Assembly: GCA_003218475.1 (NCBI GenBank)
Contig: QHNR01000106.1
Span: 1,388 to 65,387, forward strand
Length of the DNA: 64,000 nt
From: Verrucomicrobiota bacterium
GTDB lineage: Bacteria; Verrucomicrobiota; Verrucomicrobiia; Chthoniobacterales; UBA10450
Direction of reading: 5' to 3'
How positions within the stretch are numbered: position 1 is the first letter of the stretch; every line of letters begins with the position of its first letter. A program made the translations under genes and the position numbers. Under the pieces are notes generated by a model that ran no database searches, was not told where the DNA came from, and worked only from the letters and a program-made list of their open reading frames with translations. Shown here in pieces: positions 44,272 through 53,286 of the stretch.

Positions 44272-44877
44272 TCACTTCTTTGCCGCGCGTTTGCCAAGGA
44301 GCTTTGCGATATCGAAGTCCACGAAATCCGCGTGGTGAAAAATGATCGACTCAATCGAGCGCTCTACCTTGTCGCCTTCATGACTATGCGTGGCAATAAT
44401 ATGCAGGACTTCCCCGGGAATCTTATGTTTGTATGCGAGGGCAACACCGCTAAATGGATGGCGCAGCTGCTGTCCGAATTTTCCCTGAACCACTTTGCCC
44501 GAGGCGTCCTTGTCGTACTCGAGCGGTTTGCCCACGTCAGCCAGCAGCGCACCGGCAATGAGGTAGTCACGCTGAATGGGAATCCCGCAGCGGAACGATT
44601 TCTCCAGCACATCCGCAATGGCGATGCATTGCCGCGCACAGGAATTGAGATGCTCGACAAAGGTCATGTCGATATCGCCAGCCAGCAGCGTGAATTTCAC
44701 CGCGCACAGCTCATCGAAAGTCCAGCCTTGACCACCGCATCCAGTGGTGATGGCTTCGCTCCACACTGCCGCCACTTTTTCGCGCAGCGATTCATTTTTG
44801 ATCTGCATCAAAGGCGGAAAAAGTTCCGCAATTTCTTTTACGCTGTAGTTACTTCGTTCCTTTGCCATGGTGATCAC
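44272..44877 (-). CDS. HD-domain phosphohydrolase-like protein
   Basis: LLADVGKPLEY, RHPFSG, IIATHSHEGD. Confidence 0.65.
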   Translation of the reverse strand: MITMAKERSNYSVKEIAELFPPLMQIKNESLREKVAAVWSEAITTGCGGQGWTFDELCAVKFTLLAGDIDMTFVEHLNSCARQCIAIADVLEKSFRCGIPIQRDYLIAGALLADVGKPLEYDKDASGKVVQGKFGQQLRHPFSGVALAYKHKIPGEVLHIIATHSHEGDKVERSIESIIFHHADFVDFDIAKLLGKRAAKK

Positions 44878-45155
44878 CTCTGTTTCAGCCGGTATTTTTG
44901 AGGTTTTGAAGATGTTCTTTCGATAATTTTCCTGGCTTTCAGGTCGAGTTTATCAGTTTCTCCGTACCAACTTACATTTTCTGAAAACCTGCCCTTTAAC
45001 CGCTTGTTGAGCTGATTGAACAGCTCTGTGTGAGCGAGCTCACTGTTTTTCAGAGCTGACAGCATAGCCTTCTTGACTACTTCGTACTTTTGGCGGCTGA
45101 TATTTTTCCCGCTTTTACCCAGCGGGTGTTTCGTAAGAATTTTTTCTTCTGCCAT
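44874..45155 (-). CDS. small hypothetical protein (possibly DUF6958-like)
   Basis: ATG at 45155 (MAEEKILTKHPLGKSGKNI..). 4-nt overlap with the HD gene. Confidence 0.4.
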   Translation of the reverse strand: MAEEKILTKHPLGKSGKNISRQKYEVVKKAMLSALKNSELAHTELFNQLNKRLKGRFSENVSWYGETDKLDLKARKIIERTSSKPQKYRLKQR

Positions 45156-45289
45156 TTGTGCTCTCTCTTTCAATGGTAGCTTGTATTCATTTGCTTGAAG
45201 TCACAAGGCCACGAGCTTGAGGTTGAATTGTAGTTTGTTTAATGCAGACTTCCCGGCGTCGTTTCAAGAGCTGACCGGCCCCATTGCTC

Positions 45290-45646
45290 ATGCCAACTTA
45301 CGAGTATTCTTGTCAGAAGTGCGGCCAAAATTTCGAAGCATTCCAGTCAATGCGCGACGAACCGTTCCTTGAATGCCCGAAGGAGCTTTGCCGGTTGCCG
45401 AAGTGGGGCCACGGCAAAGTGAAACGCCTGCTGGGCACCGGCGCGGGTCTGATCTTCAAGGGATCGGGGTTCTACACCACCGATTACCGAAGCGATTCGT
45501 ATAAAGAGGCTGCCAAAAAGGAGTCTCCATCGAAGAAACCCGACAGTGCCGAGAAATCTGCCGCCTCCAAGGAGCCGGCGAAAGCCCCTTCGCAAGTTCA
45601 GACCAAGACGCCCGAGAAAAAACCAGCAAAAGAATCCGGCGAGTAA
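45290..45646 (+). CDS. FmdB-family zinc-ribbon protein
   Basis: MPTYEYSCQKCGQNFEAFQSMRDEPFLECPKELC (CxxC...CxxxxC), followed by a K/E/P-rich tail. Confidence 0.8.
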   Translation: MPTYEYSCQKCGQNFEAFQSMRDEPFLECPKELCRLPKWGHGKVKRLLGTGAGLIFKGSGFYTTDYRSDSYKEAAKKESPSKKPDSAEKSAASKEPAKAPSQVQTKTPEKKPAKESGE

Positions 45647-45890
45647 GTTGTAGCGGTATCGCTGATGCCGGTTTTCTCAAGTGGTGCGCTTTGGCCAGAA
45701 TCATCCGGCTTCGCCGAAGGCTGCGGTTTGATAAACTGATTCCCGGCTAAAGCCTGCTGCAATTCTCGATAAACGTTCCGGAAAATCAAAAAATCGGATT
45801 ACTCTTCGGCGGTCAAATTGCTGCGGTATTCTTGACAAACAGGCGACGCATTGTGTTTAAAAGTAGCGCGCGCTCATCAGTGGCGGCCGT

Positions 45891-47339
45891 ATGAAATCTT
45901 CGACTTCCATTTCTCACTCCTGGTCGGTAACTTGTGGAGCGCGATTCTTCCAGCACACGCGCAGCTGAATGTGACGCAGGAGCACAACAATCTTTCCGCG
46001 ATGGGCTTTACATCGACGCGGCGTTTACGCCTGCCGCTGCCGCTGCTCTGACGCCGACCTGAACTTCGATGGCACGATTTCCGGGAACGTTTACGCCCAG
46101 CCGCTCTACATCGAGGGCGGTCCCAGTGGGCCGATGATAATTGTCGTGACCGAATCCAATAACGTTTACGCGCTCAACGCCACGACTGGCACGGTGATTT
46201 GGCAGCGAACCGACTTGGGGCCGGCCGTGATTTCGGTCTTCCCTGCGGAAATATCAATCCGGCTGGCATCACCGGCACGCCGTGGTCGATCTCGCCTCCC
46301 GAAGACTTTTCTTCGATGCATTGATCGATGGCCCTACCAAGAAGCATTTTATTTACTCCTTGAACGTGGACACTGGCGCTACCAATCCGGGCTGGCCGGT
46401 AGATGTAAACGCCACCGCGACTTACAACGGCATGACCTTTACTTCCCTGGTGCAGGAAGAACGCGGTGGACTGGCTCTTGTGAACGGGATCGTGTACATG
46501 GCTTACTCCGGATACAACGGCGATTGCGGAATGTATCACGGATGGGTTGTCGGCGTGCCGATTAATAATCCTTCGAATGTGCATGCCTGGGCCACGACAG
46601 CAATCGGCGGCGGGATATGGGGGCACGGTGGCATCGCTTCGCCCGTGGCCCAGGCGAATGTTTCCGGCACGGTGAACAGAGGGACATCAGCTGTAACGTA
46701 CCACACCAGCCAGGGAACATATTTTGCCTTTCATAACGACGGCAATGCAGTCTCGGCCTACAGAGTTACCGCTACAAATCCACCCGCGATTGTGAGCGGC
46801 TGGAGCGTAGGTCAGAGCGGTCGAGGCTCACCCTGGGTCACAACTACTGACGGAACCAATAACGTGATTGTGTGGGTAGCCGGCGTCGGAGGGGACCAGC
46901 GCTTGCACGGCTACAACGGAGATACCGGCGCGGTGATTTATACCGGCGGCGGCGCCAACGAATTGATGAGCGGTACCCGCCAATGGAACACCGGCATGGT
47001 GGCTCGTGGCCGGATCTACTTCGGTGCCGACAATAAAGTCTATGCCTTTAGGCTTCCGACAGGAAGCCCTACACCTACTGCGACGCCGACTGCAACACCT
47101 ACCGCAACGTTTACACCAACTGCTACGGCAACTCCGACCGCAACAGCTACAGCGACTGCCACGGCGACTTTACTCCCACTTCCACCCCAACTGCAACTAC
47201 GACTCCACCACCAACTCCGACATCTACGCCGACGGCTACTCCGACGACTGCAGCCAGGCCAACGCCTACGGCCAGGCCGCATGTAACGCCGAGGGGACGA
47301 CCCACCCCGCCGCCGCGCCCGATCGCGCCGCACGGATAA
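45891..47339 (+). pseudogene. secreted PQQ-like beta-propeller protein with a Pro/Thr-rich tail, about six frameshifts
   Basis: A homology-like reading (..LPAHAQLNVTQEHNNLS / RDGLYIDAAFTPAAAAAL / DLNFDGTISGNVYAQPLYIEGG..VTESNNVYALNATTGTVIWQ / LPCGNINPAGITGTP / VVDLASRRLFFDAL...) needs frame changes near 45915, 45998, 46050, 46233, 46281 and 47160. Confidence 0.55.
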
Positions 47340-47606
47340 AATTTGGTAGGGCGCGACCGCTCGCCACGCCGGAACCCGTCCACGGCAAAGGCGGGCCGGG
47401 GCGCGCCGAAGCGAACTGCGCGCGCTCAGCCAAAATGCAGCGCAAAAGTGTTGACAGTCTTCTGCGGCGTTGGGTAAAAAAGGGGGTGGCTCCGGTGCGT
47501 TTATGATCATGAACCAAAACCGCACATCCGTATCATCACGATTGCGGGTTCTCGTGTGCCTTGTCCTTATTCAGTTTTCAGACTGAGCCGAGGTCGCCGA
47601 CCCCGG

Positions 47607-48629
47607 CTACAACTTGTCGAGACCTTCAATCACTTTCTCCATGGCGCTGACCACCAGAGTGAAGCGATCGTAATCGAGCTTCTCTGGCGTGTCGCTCGCT
47701 GAATGGTAGTGCGGATAACGGAACAGCGCCGTGTCGGTGACCATGATGCCAGGATAACCGCTCCGCCAGAAAGACCATTGGTCTGACCAACTGACCCCGG
47801 GAATAAATGAGGGAAGCGCTGCGCCTTCGGACGGAATCTTTGCATGTTTGCGAAAGAGCGCGACGACGCGACGGAGCAATGTCCGCGAATGAACATTGCT
47901 GACGAATCCGATGAAGTTGCCAACTCTCGGATAAAAGATGCCCAGTCCCGGCGATGGATATGTCTGCGAACGCGGTGCATCGGAAAAATAGCCGATGGTT
48001 TCGAGGCTAATCATCGCGGAGATTTTGTCCCCGCGCGCTTTGCAGCGATTCGCATAGACGAAACTACCCATGTCTCCGCCGAGGAAATAAGGCGGCTCCT
48101 CGTTCACAAACGCGACAAAGCGCACCGTATGTTGTGTAGCTTTTCCTGCAAAGCGCCGCGCTAGTGCGAGCATTGCAGCGACACCGCTGCCGTTGTCATT
48201 GGCGCCCGGCGAGCCAAACACCGAATCGTAATGCGCGCCGATGACGATGATCGAAGGCGGCGGTCTGGAGTCCGCCGCTCCTTGAGGCTCGCCGGGAATT
48301 TCTGCTCCGATGTTGTGGCAGGCTTGCCCGCGTATTTCGTAACTGTCCCGCCGCGGGTGAAGCCCGGCGCGTGAAAAAGAATCTTCGATGAAATCGGCAG
48401 CGGCGTTTAGCTGTGGATAGTGCCACATGTTTCGCTCGCCGATGTCACCGGCGAGCTTCTGCACATCAGCGCGGAGCTCTTCGCGTAACGTTACTTCATC
48501 TGGTGATAGCGGCGCCGCCTTTGAAATATTTTTGCCGGGCATCCTCATTCCAAACCACCAGAGTAACGCGAAAAATGCGGCGACCGCGACGGTAATGCGC
48601 AAGACGCTGAACAGAATTCGTTTCGACAC
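47607..48629 (-). CDS. M28-family metallopeptidase (aminopeptidase) with N-terminal membrane anchor
   Basis: VIGAHYDSV, GANDNGSGVAAMLALAR, FVAFVNEE. Confidence 0.85.
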   Translation of the reverse strand: MSKRILFSVLRITVAVAAFFALLWWFGMRMPGKNISKAAPLSPDEVTLREELRADVQKLAGDIGERNMWHYPQLNAAADFIEDSFSRAGLHPRRDSYEIRGQACHNIGAEIPGEPQGAADSRPPPSIIVIGAHYDSVFGSPGANDNGSGVAAMLALARRFAGKATQHTVRFVAFVNEEPPYFLGGDMGSFVYANRCKARGDKISAMISLETIGYFSDAPRSQTYPSPGLGIFYPRVGNFIGFVSNVHSRTLLRRVVALFRKHAKIPSEGAALPSFIPGVSWSDQWSFWRSGYPGIMVTDTALFRYPHYHSASDTPEKLDYDRFTLVVSAMEKVIEGLDKL

Positions 48630-48683
48630 GCAGCGAGCAGATTACAAAGGAACTTGATAACCAGAAGCGCATTCGCGTGGCTT

Positions 48684-48835
48684 CCGGGGAGCGCACGCGT
48701 CTCGCGTGCTGGCGAAGGCGTCCTCGCCGTCGCGAACTTTATTAATGGCGCTGCGCGGGTTGCGTTCGAGACTGCAGAAAAGATTGTTGCGGCGGGACGC
48801 CGCAAACCAGCACGCGAGACGTGCGCGCTCCCCCG
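48684..48835. repeat. large palindromic intergenic element E3 (same family as E2)
   Basis: ccggggagcgcacgcgtctcgcgtgctgg at 48684-48712, and ccagcacgcgagacgtgcgcgctccccg at 48807-48835. Internal 8-bp stem ttgcggcg/cgccgcaa. Lies just downstream of the ABC permease stop. Confidence 0.85.
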
Positions 48836-48854
48836 ACCGGACGTGCACCGCACG

Positions 48855-49979
48855 TCACGCGATCTTTTTCCGGAACTGCAGCGCGCAGAGAATGAACAGC
48901 AGGTTGGACATCACAATGAGTACGGCAAGATTTGGCCAGTATTCGAAAAAATTTGCGCCACGCAGGATGATTGCCCGCATCAGCGCGATGAAATAAGTCG
49001 TGGGGAAGAGCGCACCGAGCGCGTAAAAGATCCACGGCATGGTTTCTCTGGGAAAAATAAAACCGGAAAAGAAAACGCTCGGCAACAAAAACACCATCGA
49101 CATTTGGAGCGCCTGCATTTGGTTTTCGGCCTTGGTCCCAACGAGCAAACCCAGGCTAAGCAACGCAAACACATACACGAGTGTCGAAAACATCATCGCG
49201 AACACACTGCCGACAATTGGGACGAAAAAAACGAACCGCATGATCGTGAACAAAACCAGCGCCATCGCCATACCGATGCACAAATATGGAACCAGCTTGC
49301 CGAGCATCAGGCCTGCGCGGCTCAACGGGCTTACCAGTAGTTGCTCGAGCGTGCCGCGTTCGCGTTCGCGCACCAGGGCCATGGCGGCAGCAACCGTCGT
49401 CCCGATTTGCAAGACGACTCCAATCACGCCCGGCACAAAAAAGTTCGGGGCGCGCATTGCCGGGTTGTAAAGCATTTGAGGACGGACATCGATCGGCATC
49501 CCCTGCCGTCCGGTCTCACGCAAAAGCGATTCCAGTGATTGCGTCAGCGCCACGCCCAGTCCGGTCTGAAGAGCCTGCAAGGCGGTAGTGGAATTGGATC
49601 CGTCGACAAGCAATTGCACCTGCGCGGAGTGCCCCGCCATCAGTTCGCGAGTGAAGTTTGGCGGGATATCGAGCGCGGCGTAGGCGCGGCCTTTGCGCAT
49701 TTCGCTCTTCAGCTGCTCTAAATTTTGCACTTCGCCCACTACACGAAAACTCTCCGTGTTCACAAAACGGTCGATCAACTGACGGCTCTCGACGGTGCGA
49801 TCCTCGTTCAAAACGAGCATCGCCATGTGTTTCACGTCGTTATCGAGCGCGTAGCCGAATGCAATCATCTCGATCAGCGGCGGGAAAAAAAAGAAAAAGA
49901 GAGTCAACGGATCGCGCCAGACTACGATGAACTCCTTAAAGAGAATTGCACCGAGCCCGCGAAAAAGTTTGTGTTTCAT
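48855..49979 (-). CDS. ABC-2-type transporter permease (YbhS/YbhR-like)
   Basis: 374 aa. N-terminal cytoplasmic segment, one TM, a large loop, then 5 C-terminal TM segments. Last gene of the TetR-HlyD-ABC operon. Confidence 0.85.
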   Translation of the reverse strand: MKHKLFRGLGAILFKEFIVVWRDPLTLFFFFFPPLIEMIAFGYALDNDVKHMAMLVLNEDRTVESRQLIDRFVNTESFRVVGEVQNLEQLKSEMRKGRAYAALDIPPNFTRELMAGHSAQVQLLVDGSNSTTALQALQTGLGVALTQSLESLLRETGRQGMPIDVRPQMLYNPAMRAPNFFVPGVIGVVLQIGTTVAAAMALVRERERGTLEQLLVSPLSRAGLMLGKLVPYLCIGMAMALVLFTIMRFVFFVPIVGSVFAMMFSTLVYVFALLSLGLLVGTKAENQMQALQMSMVFLLPSVFFSGFIFPRETMPWIFYALGALFPTTYFIALMRAIILRGANFFEYWPNLAVLIVMSNLLFILCALQFRKKIA

Positions 49980-49988
49980 GTTTCCGCG

Positions 49989-50131
49989 GTCATCCCAAGC
50001 GAAGCGAGGGACCTCTCATAGGCATACAAAAGCTTCAAACTACCATTGATCATCTTCGCCTCGTCGATCTTCAACTGATTGCAGTAAACGCGGATTCCAA
50101 ATGTGCGATCCTTCGCTCCGCTCAGGATGAC
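49989..50131. repeat. 143-bp IR-bounded element, copy A
   Basis: Starts 10 nt upstream (operon sense) of the permease ATG. Confidence 0.85.
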
Positions 50132-50172
50132 AGCATGGCCCCGCGAAAAGGTTGTCGTTTCATTTTAAGTGG

Positions 50173-50493
50173 TCATCCCGAGCGAAGCGAGGGACCTCTC
50201 ATATGTTGAAAAAGCATCGGCGATAAATCCGCCCACTTCGGGTTCATCCTCTCGACTAATGCATTCTTCTTTTCGCGGCGCCATCCCTTGATCTCCTTTT
50301 CCCGCGCGATTGCGTCCCGAGGATCACTGAAACGTTCGTAGTAGAAGAGTCGATTAACTTTGTAGGTCTTAGTAAAACTTTCTATTTCGCTCTTCTGATG
50401 CTGCCAGACTCGTCGCATCAAGCTGTTTGTAATGCCTGTATAGAGAACCACTCGGCTGCGATTGGTCATCATGTAGACATAGAATGCTTTCAT
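50173..50493 (-). CDS. GIY-YIG nuclease family protein (COG2827/UPF0213-like)
   Basis: FYVYMMTNRSRVVLYTGITNSLMRRVWQH...LFYYERFSDPRDAIAREKEIKGWRREKK. The C-terminal codons (MRGPSLRSG) are encoded by a hairpin half-repeat. Confidence 0.85.
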   Translation of the reverse strand: MKAFYVYMMTNRSRVVLYTGITNSLMRRVWQHQKSEIESFTKTYKVNRLFYYERFSDPRDAIAREKEIKGWRREKKNALVERMNPKWADLSPMLFQHMRGPSLRSG

Positions 50494-50522
50494 CAGTTGG
50501 CGGGGCCTCGCTTCGCTACTCT

Positions 50523-50665
50523 GTCATCCCGAGCGAAGCGAGGGATCCCTCATCGGTCGGCAATATTTTCAAATTACGCTGGATTATCTTCGCTTCGTTG
50601 ATCTTCAACCGATCGCGGTAAACCCGCATTCCAACTGTCAGGTCCTTCGCTTCGCTTAGGATGAC
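50523..50665. repeat. 143-bp IR-bounded element, copy B
   Basis: Ends 10 nt from the ATPase stop codon (50676-50678). Confidence 0.85.
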
Positions 50666-50675
50666 ATTCATCACA

Positions 50676-51635
50676 TCATGCGGCTCTTTGTTGTTCGCCA
50701 GCGTGCTTCGCTGAAAGCTCAACAAACACGTCTTCGAGCGAAGGACCTATTTCGTGAATCTCTACATGACTGATGCCGACCTTGCGCAGTTGTTCCTCGA
50801 TCTGCGCGCGCTTCACGGTTTCATCAACCAGCAAATGCATCGATTGACCGAAGACTGTGGCGCTGCGAACGCCACGCATTTGGTGCATGGCTTGCAGCGC
50901 TGTGGTCACGTGATCGCACGTCACGTCGAGTCGGCGCGTTCCCGGCGGATTTACCCCTGGCAGTTTTTTTAACTCGTCCGGCTCGCCGCATACGATCAAC
51001 TTGGACATGTAAATGTAGCCGACGTGATCGCACCGCTCCGCTTCATCCATATAATGAGTCGTGACGAACAGGGTCATGCCTTTCCCAGCAAATTCGAAGA
51101 GCAAATCCCAGAGTTCACGCCGCGCGACCGGATCGATGCCCGCCGTCGGCTCATCGAGAAAAAGCACGGTGGGTTTGTGCATGAGCGAGCACGCCATCGC
51201 CAGACGTTGACGCCAGCCGCCGGAAAGTTGCGCAGCACGCCTGTCGATGTACGGCTGAAGATGCGTTGTGGCGATCATTTCGTCCCGCCGCTGGTTCAAT
51301 TCGCGACCGCTCAGGCCATAAAGTTTTCCTGCAAAGATGAGGTTCTCATTCACGGTCAACTCGTCGTACAGCGAAAATTTCTGCGACATATAGCCAATCA
51401 TTTCCTTGATAGGCTCCAGATCGCGCACAATGTCGTGGCCGCCGATTCCCGCCGTCCCCTGCGTTGGCTCCAGAATCCCGCACAACATCCGGATCACAGT
51501 TGTTTTCCCGGAGCCGTTCGGGCCGAGAAAGCCGAAGATAGAGCCTTTCCCGACGGAGAACGAAACGTGATCAACTGCTGTGAATGTACCGAAACGCTTC
51601 GTCAGCCCTTCAACTTCGATCATTGCTTCAGCCAT
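50676..51635 (-). CDS. ABC transporter ATP-binding protein (YbhF-like, single NBD)
   Basis: GPNGSGKTT, LSGGWRQRL, LFLDEPTAGID. Confidence 0.9.
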   Translation of the reverse strand: MAEAMIEVEGLTKRFGTFTAVDHVSFSVGKGSIFGFLGPNGSGKTTVIRMLCGILEPTQGTAGIGGHDIVRDLEPIKEMIGYMSQKFSLYDELTVNENLIFAGKLYGLSGRELNQRRDEMIATTHLQPYIDRRAAQLSGGWRQRLAMACSLMHKPTVLFLDEPTAGIDPVARRELWDLLFEFAGKGMTLFVTTHYMDEAERCDHVGYIYMSKLIVCGEPDELKKLPGVNPPGTRRLDVTCDHVTTALQAMHQMRGVRSATVFGQSMHLLVDETVKRAQIEEQLRKVGISHVEIHEIGPSLEDVFVELSAKHAGEQQRAA

Positions 51636-51673
51636 AAGTCAGCACAAACTCGGGACTGGTATCTTCGCCAACT

Positions 51674-51736
51674 AAACACACGAACTACACGAAACGAATT
51701 CAAAACAACCCTTTCGTGTTTTTAGTGTGTTTCGTG
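51674..51736. repeat. CACGAA/TTCGTG imperfect hairpin cluster between the hlyD-like and ATPase genes
   Basis: aaacacacgaactacacgaaacg ... tttcgtgtttttagtgtgtttcgtg. Confidence 0.75.
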
Positions 51737-51748
51737 GGCAGTCCTGCT

Positions 51749-52624
51749 TCATTTCACGTTGGGAAAATAAACATCTGCGGCCATTCCGGCACGCAGACGA
51801 TCATTGTCGCTGGGCAACCGAACCTTCACCCCAAACACCTGTTTGATCCGGTCCGCGACAGTTTGCACGTTGCGCGGCGTAAACTCGGCTTGCCGATTTA
51901 TCTGCTCGACGACGCCATCGAAATCCGTGTGCGGAAACGAATCGACACGGACGCGCACGTGCTCGCCCAGTTTGATCAAACCCAGCCAGGATTCCGGCAC
52001 GTAAACACGCACCCAGAGATGGCCGGTCAAAAGCAGCGTGGCAGCCTCACGATTTGGAGGCAGCACATCGCCGACCTTGACACTGAGCACCTCCAGAATG
52101 GAATCGGCCGGTGCGATGACCTGCATTTCCGCTAACTGCGCGTCGATGTCGGCTAGTTGCGCACGCGCCTGCGCGACACGCGTTTTCGCCGCCTCGACAT
52201 TTTTCTCCTGCGATTTCGCCGCGCTGTCAGCCCGCTCGGCATCAGTAGGCGAAACTACCTTGCGCTTAAGCAGCTCCTGCTGACGCCTTGCATCGTCGCG
52301 AAGAAATTGCAACTGCGCTTCCTGCGCATCCGCGTCATGGATTGCCGTATTGATTTGCGCGGCGGCAAGATCACGACGCGCGTGCAGTTCTGACGCATCC
52401 AGTTGCACGATCACTTGGCCTTCGTGCAAACGATCGCCTTCCCACGCGAGAATTTTCTCGACACGTCCACCCGCGCGTGGACCGACGTGCGCTTCGTCCA
52501 CTTCGATCGTTCCCGAGACTGCGTTCTTCCGACTATTGCACCCGCAAAGAAAGATCGACACCGCGAGCGCGGCGAAAGTCCAAAGCGTCTGATTTCGGAC
52601 GAACGATTTTCTCATCAGTCGCAT
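51749..52624 (-). CDS. HlyD-family periplasmic adaptor (YbhG-like)
   Basis: Signal/lipobox-like SIFLCGCN, GTIEVDEAHV, a coiled-coil region, GMAADVYF. The ORF is listed from a TTG at 52648, with the first ATG at 52624. Confidence 0.8.
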   Translation of the reverse strand: MRLMRKSFVRNQTLWTFAALAVSIFLCGCNSRKNAVSGTIEVDEAHVGPRAGGRVEKILAWEGDRLHEGQVIVQLDASELHARRDLAAAQINTAIHDADAQEAQLQFLRDDARRQQELLKRKVVSPTDAERADSAAKSQEKNVEAAKTRVAQARAQLADIDAQLAEMQVIAPADSILEVLSVKVGDVLPPNREAATLLLTGHLWVRVYVPESWLGLIKLGEHVRVRVDSFPHTDFDGVVEQINRQAEFTPRNVQTVADRIKQVFGVKVRLPSDNDRLRAGMAADVYFPNVK

Positions 52625-52644
52625 TGGAGCAGCCAGAGATTCGA

Positions 52645-53286
52645 TCAACCGATGGTGCGGCCCCGTCGGGTCAGCGCGCCTTCGAGGATAATTTTGAGAA
52701 TTCCAGCGAACCCCTCTTTCGGCGTCATTCCTAACTCCTCCATCTTCAATGGATTCATGATTGCCTGAACGATGGCGAGCAGAATCTCGATCGTGAGCTT
52801 GGCCGGAACGTCTTTGCGCACCATTCCCGAGCGTTGACCCTCAATGAAAAGTTTTCCGAAGAAACGCTCGATCAAAGCAGCGCGTCGACGTTCGATAACT
52901 TTGAACACGTGCGGCGCTTTCTGTCGCATGTCGCGAACGAACGGTGGCTTAATCTCATCCAATTCGCGTTGCATGTTGGCCAGCAGTTCCTGTAGCGCCG
53001 TCGAGAAATCATGCGGATGTTCATGCGGATGTGCATGTATGATTCCGTTCAGTTTCGCTTCGACGCCGGCGAACTTGTCGGCCAGCACCGCCTCGAGTAG
53101 TTCGATTTTGCCTGGGAAATGGGCATACAGTGTCTTCTTGCTGATTCCCAACTCCTCCGCGAGCTCATCCATCGTCACGCTGCGGAATCCGTGGCAGAAG
53201 AAGTGCGCACGTGCCGCTTCCACAATTCGTTGCTGGCTGAACTCGTTCTTTCGATTGCGCGGCGGCGCTTTCTTTGGGGGTTTCAC
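52645..53286 (-). CDS. TetR/AcrR-family transcriptional regulator
   Basis: RIVEAARAHFFCHGFRSVTMDELAEELGISKKTLYAHFPGK. A GTG at 53286 forms a GTGA overlap with the upstream gene's stop and gives a typical ~213-aa TetR. The longer listed ORF (to 53394) overlaps that upstream gene. Confidence 0.8.
   Translation of the reverse strand: MKPPKKAPPRNRKNEFSQQRIVEAARAHFFCHGFRSVTMDELAEELGISKKTLYAHFPGKIELLEAVLADKFAGVEAKLNGIIHAHPHEHPHDFSTALQELLANMQRELDEIKPPFVRDMRQKAPHVFKVIERRRAALIERFFGKLFIEGQRSGMVRKDVPAKLTIEILLAIVQAIMNPLKMEELGMTPKEGFAGILKIILEGALTRRGRTIG

Larger units (their letters stand above)
49989..50665. mobile_element. GIY-YIG cassette flanked by two direct copies of a 143-bp IR-bounded element, inserted between the ABC ATPase and permease genes
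   Basis: Copy A 49989-50131 and copy B 50523-50665 are the same length and roughly three-quarters identical by eye. Each begins gtcatccc(a/g)agcgaagcgaggga and ends ccttcgct(c/t)cgct(c/t)aggatgac. Extra half-repeats lie at 50172-50203 and 50505-50516. Confidence 0.55.

Noticed and set aside
47061-47336. Tandem acn-ccn/gcn repeats as a satellite or CRISPR-like repeat
   Set aside because: The tract encodes a Pro/Thr/Ala-rich linker (PTATPTATPTAT...) at the C-terminus of the propeller pseudogene. It is irregular codon-level low complexity.
47449-47480. TTGACA ... TAAAAA sigma70-like promoter on the plus strand
   Set aside because: The -10 match is poor, there is no plus-strand gene downstream, and such matches are expected by chance.
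49989-50665. Direct repeats as a possible CRISPR array
   Set aside because: There are only two full copies, each 143 bp long and only roughly three-quarters identical. Each is internally palindromic at its ends, and the 'spacer' is a protein-coding gene. No cas genes are present.
51024-51725. 233-aa plus-strand ORF antisense to the ABC ATPase
   Set aside because: The ATPase on the minus strand has Walker A/B and signature motifs. The antisense ORF has none.
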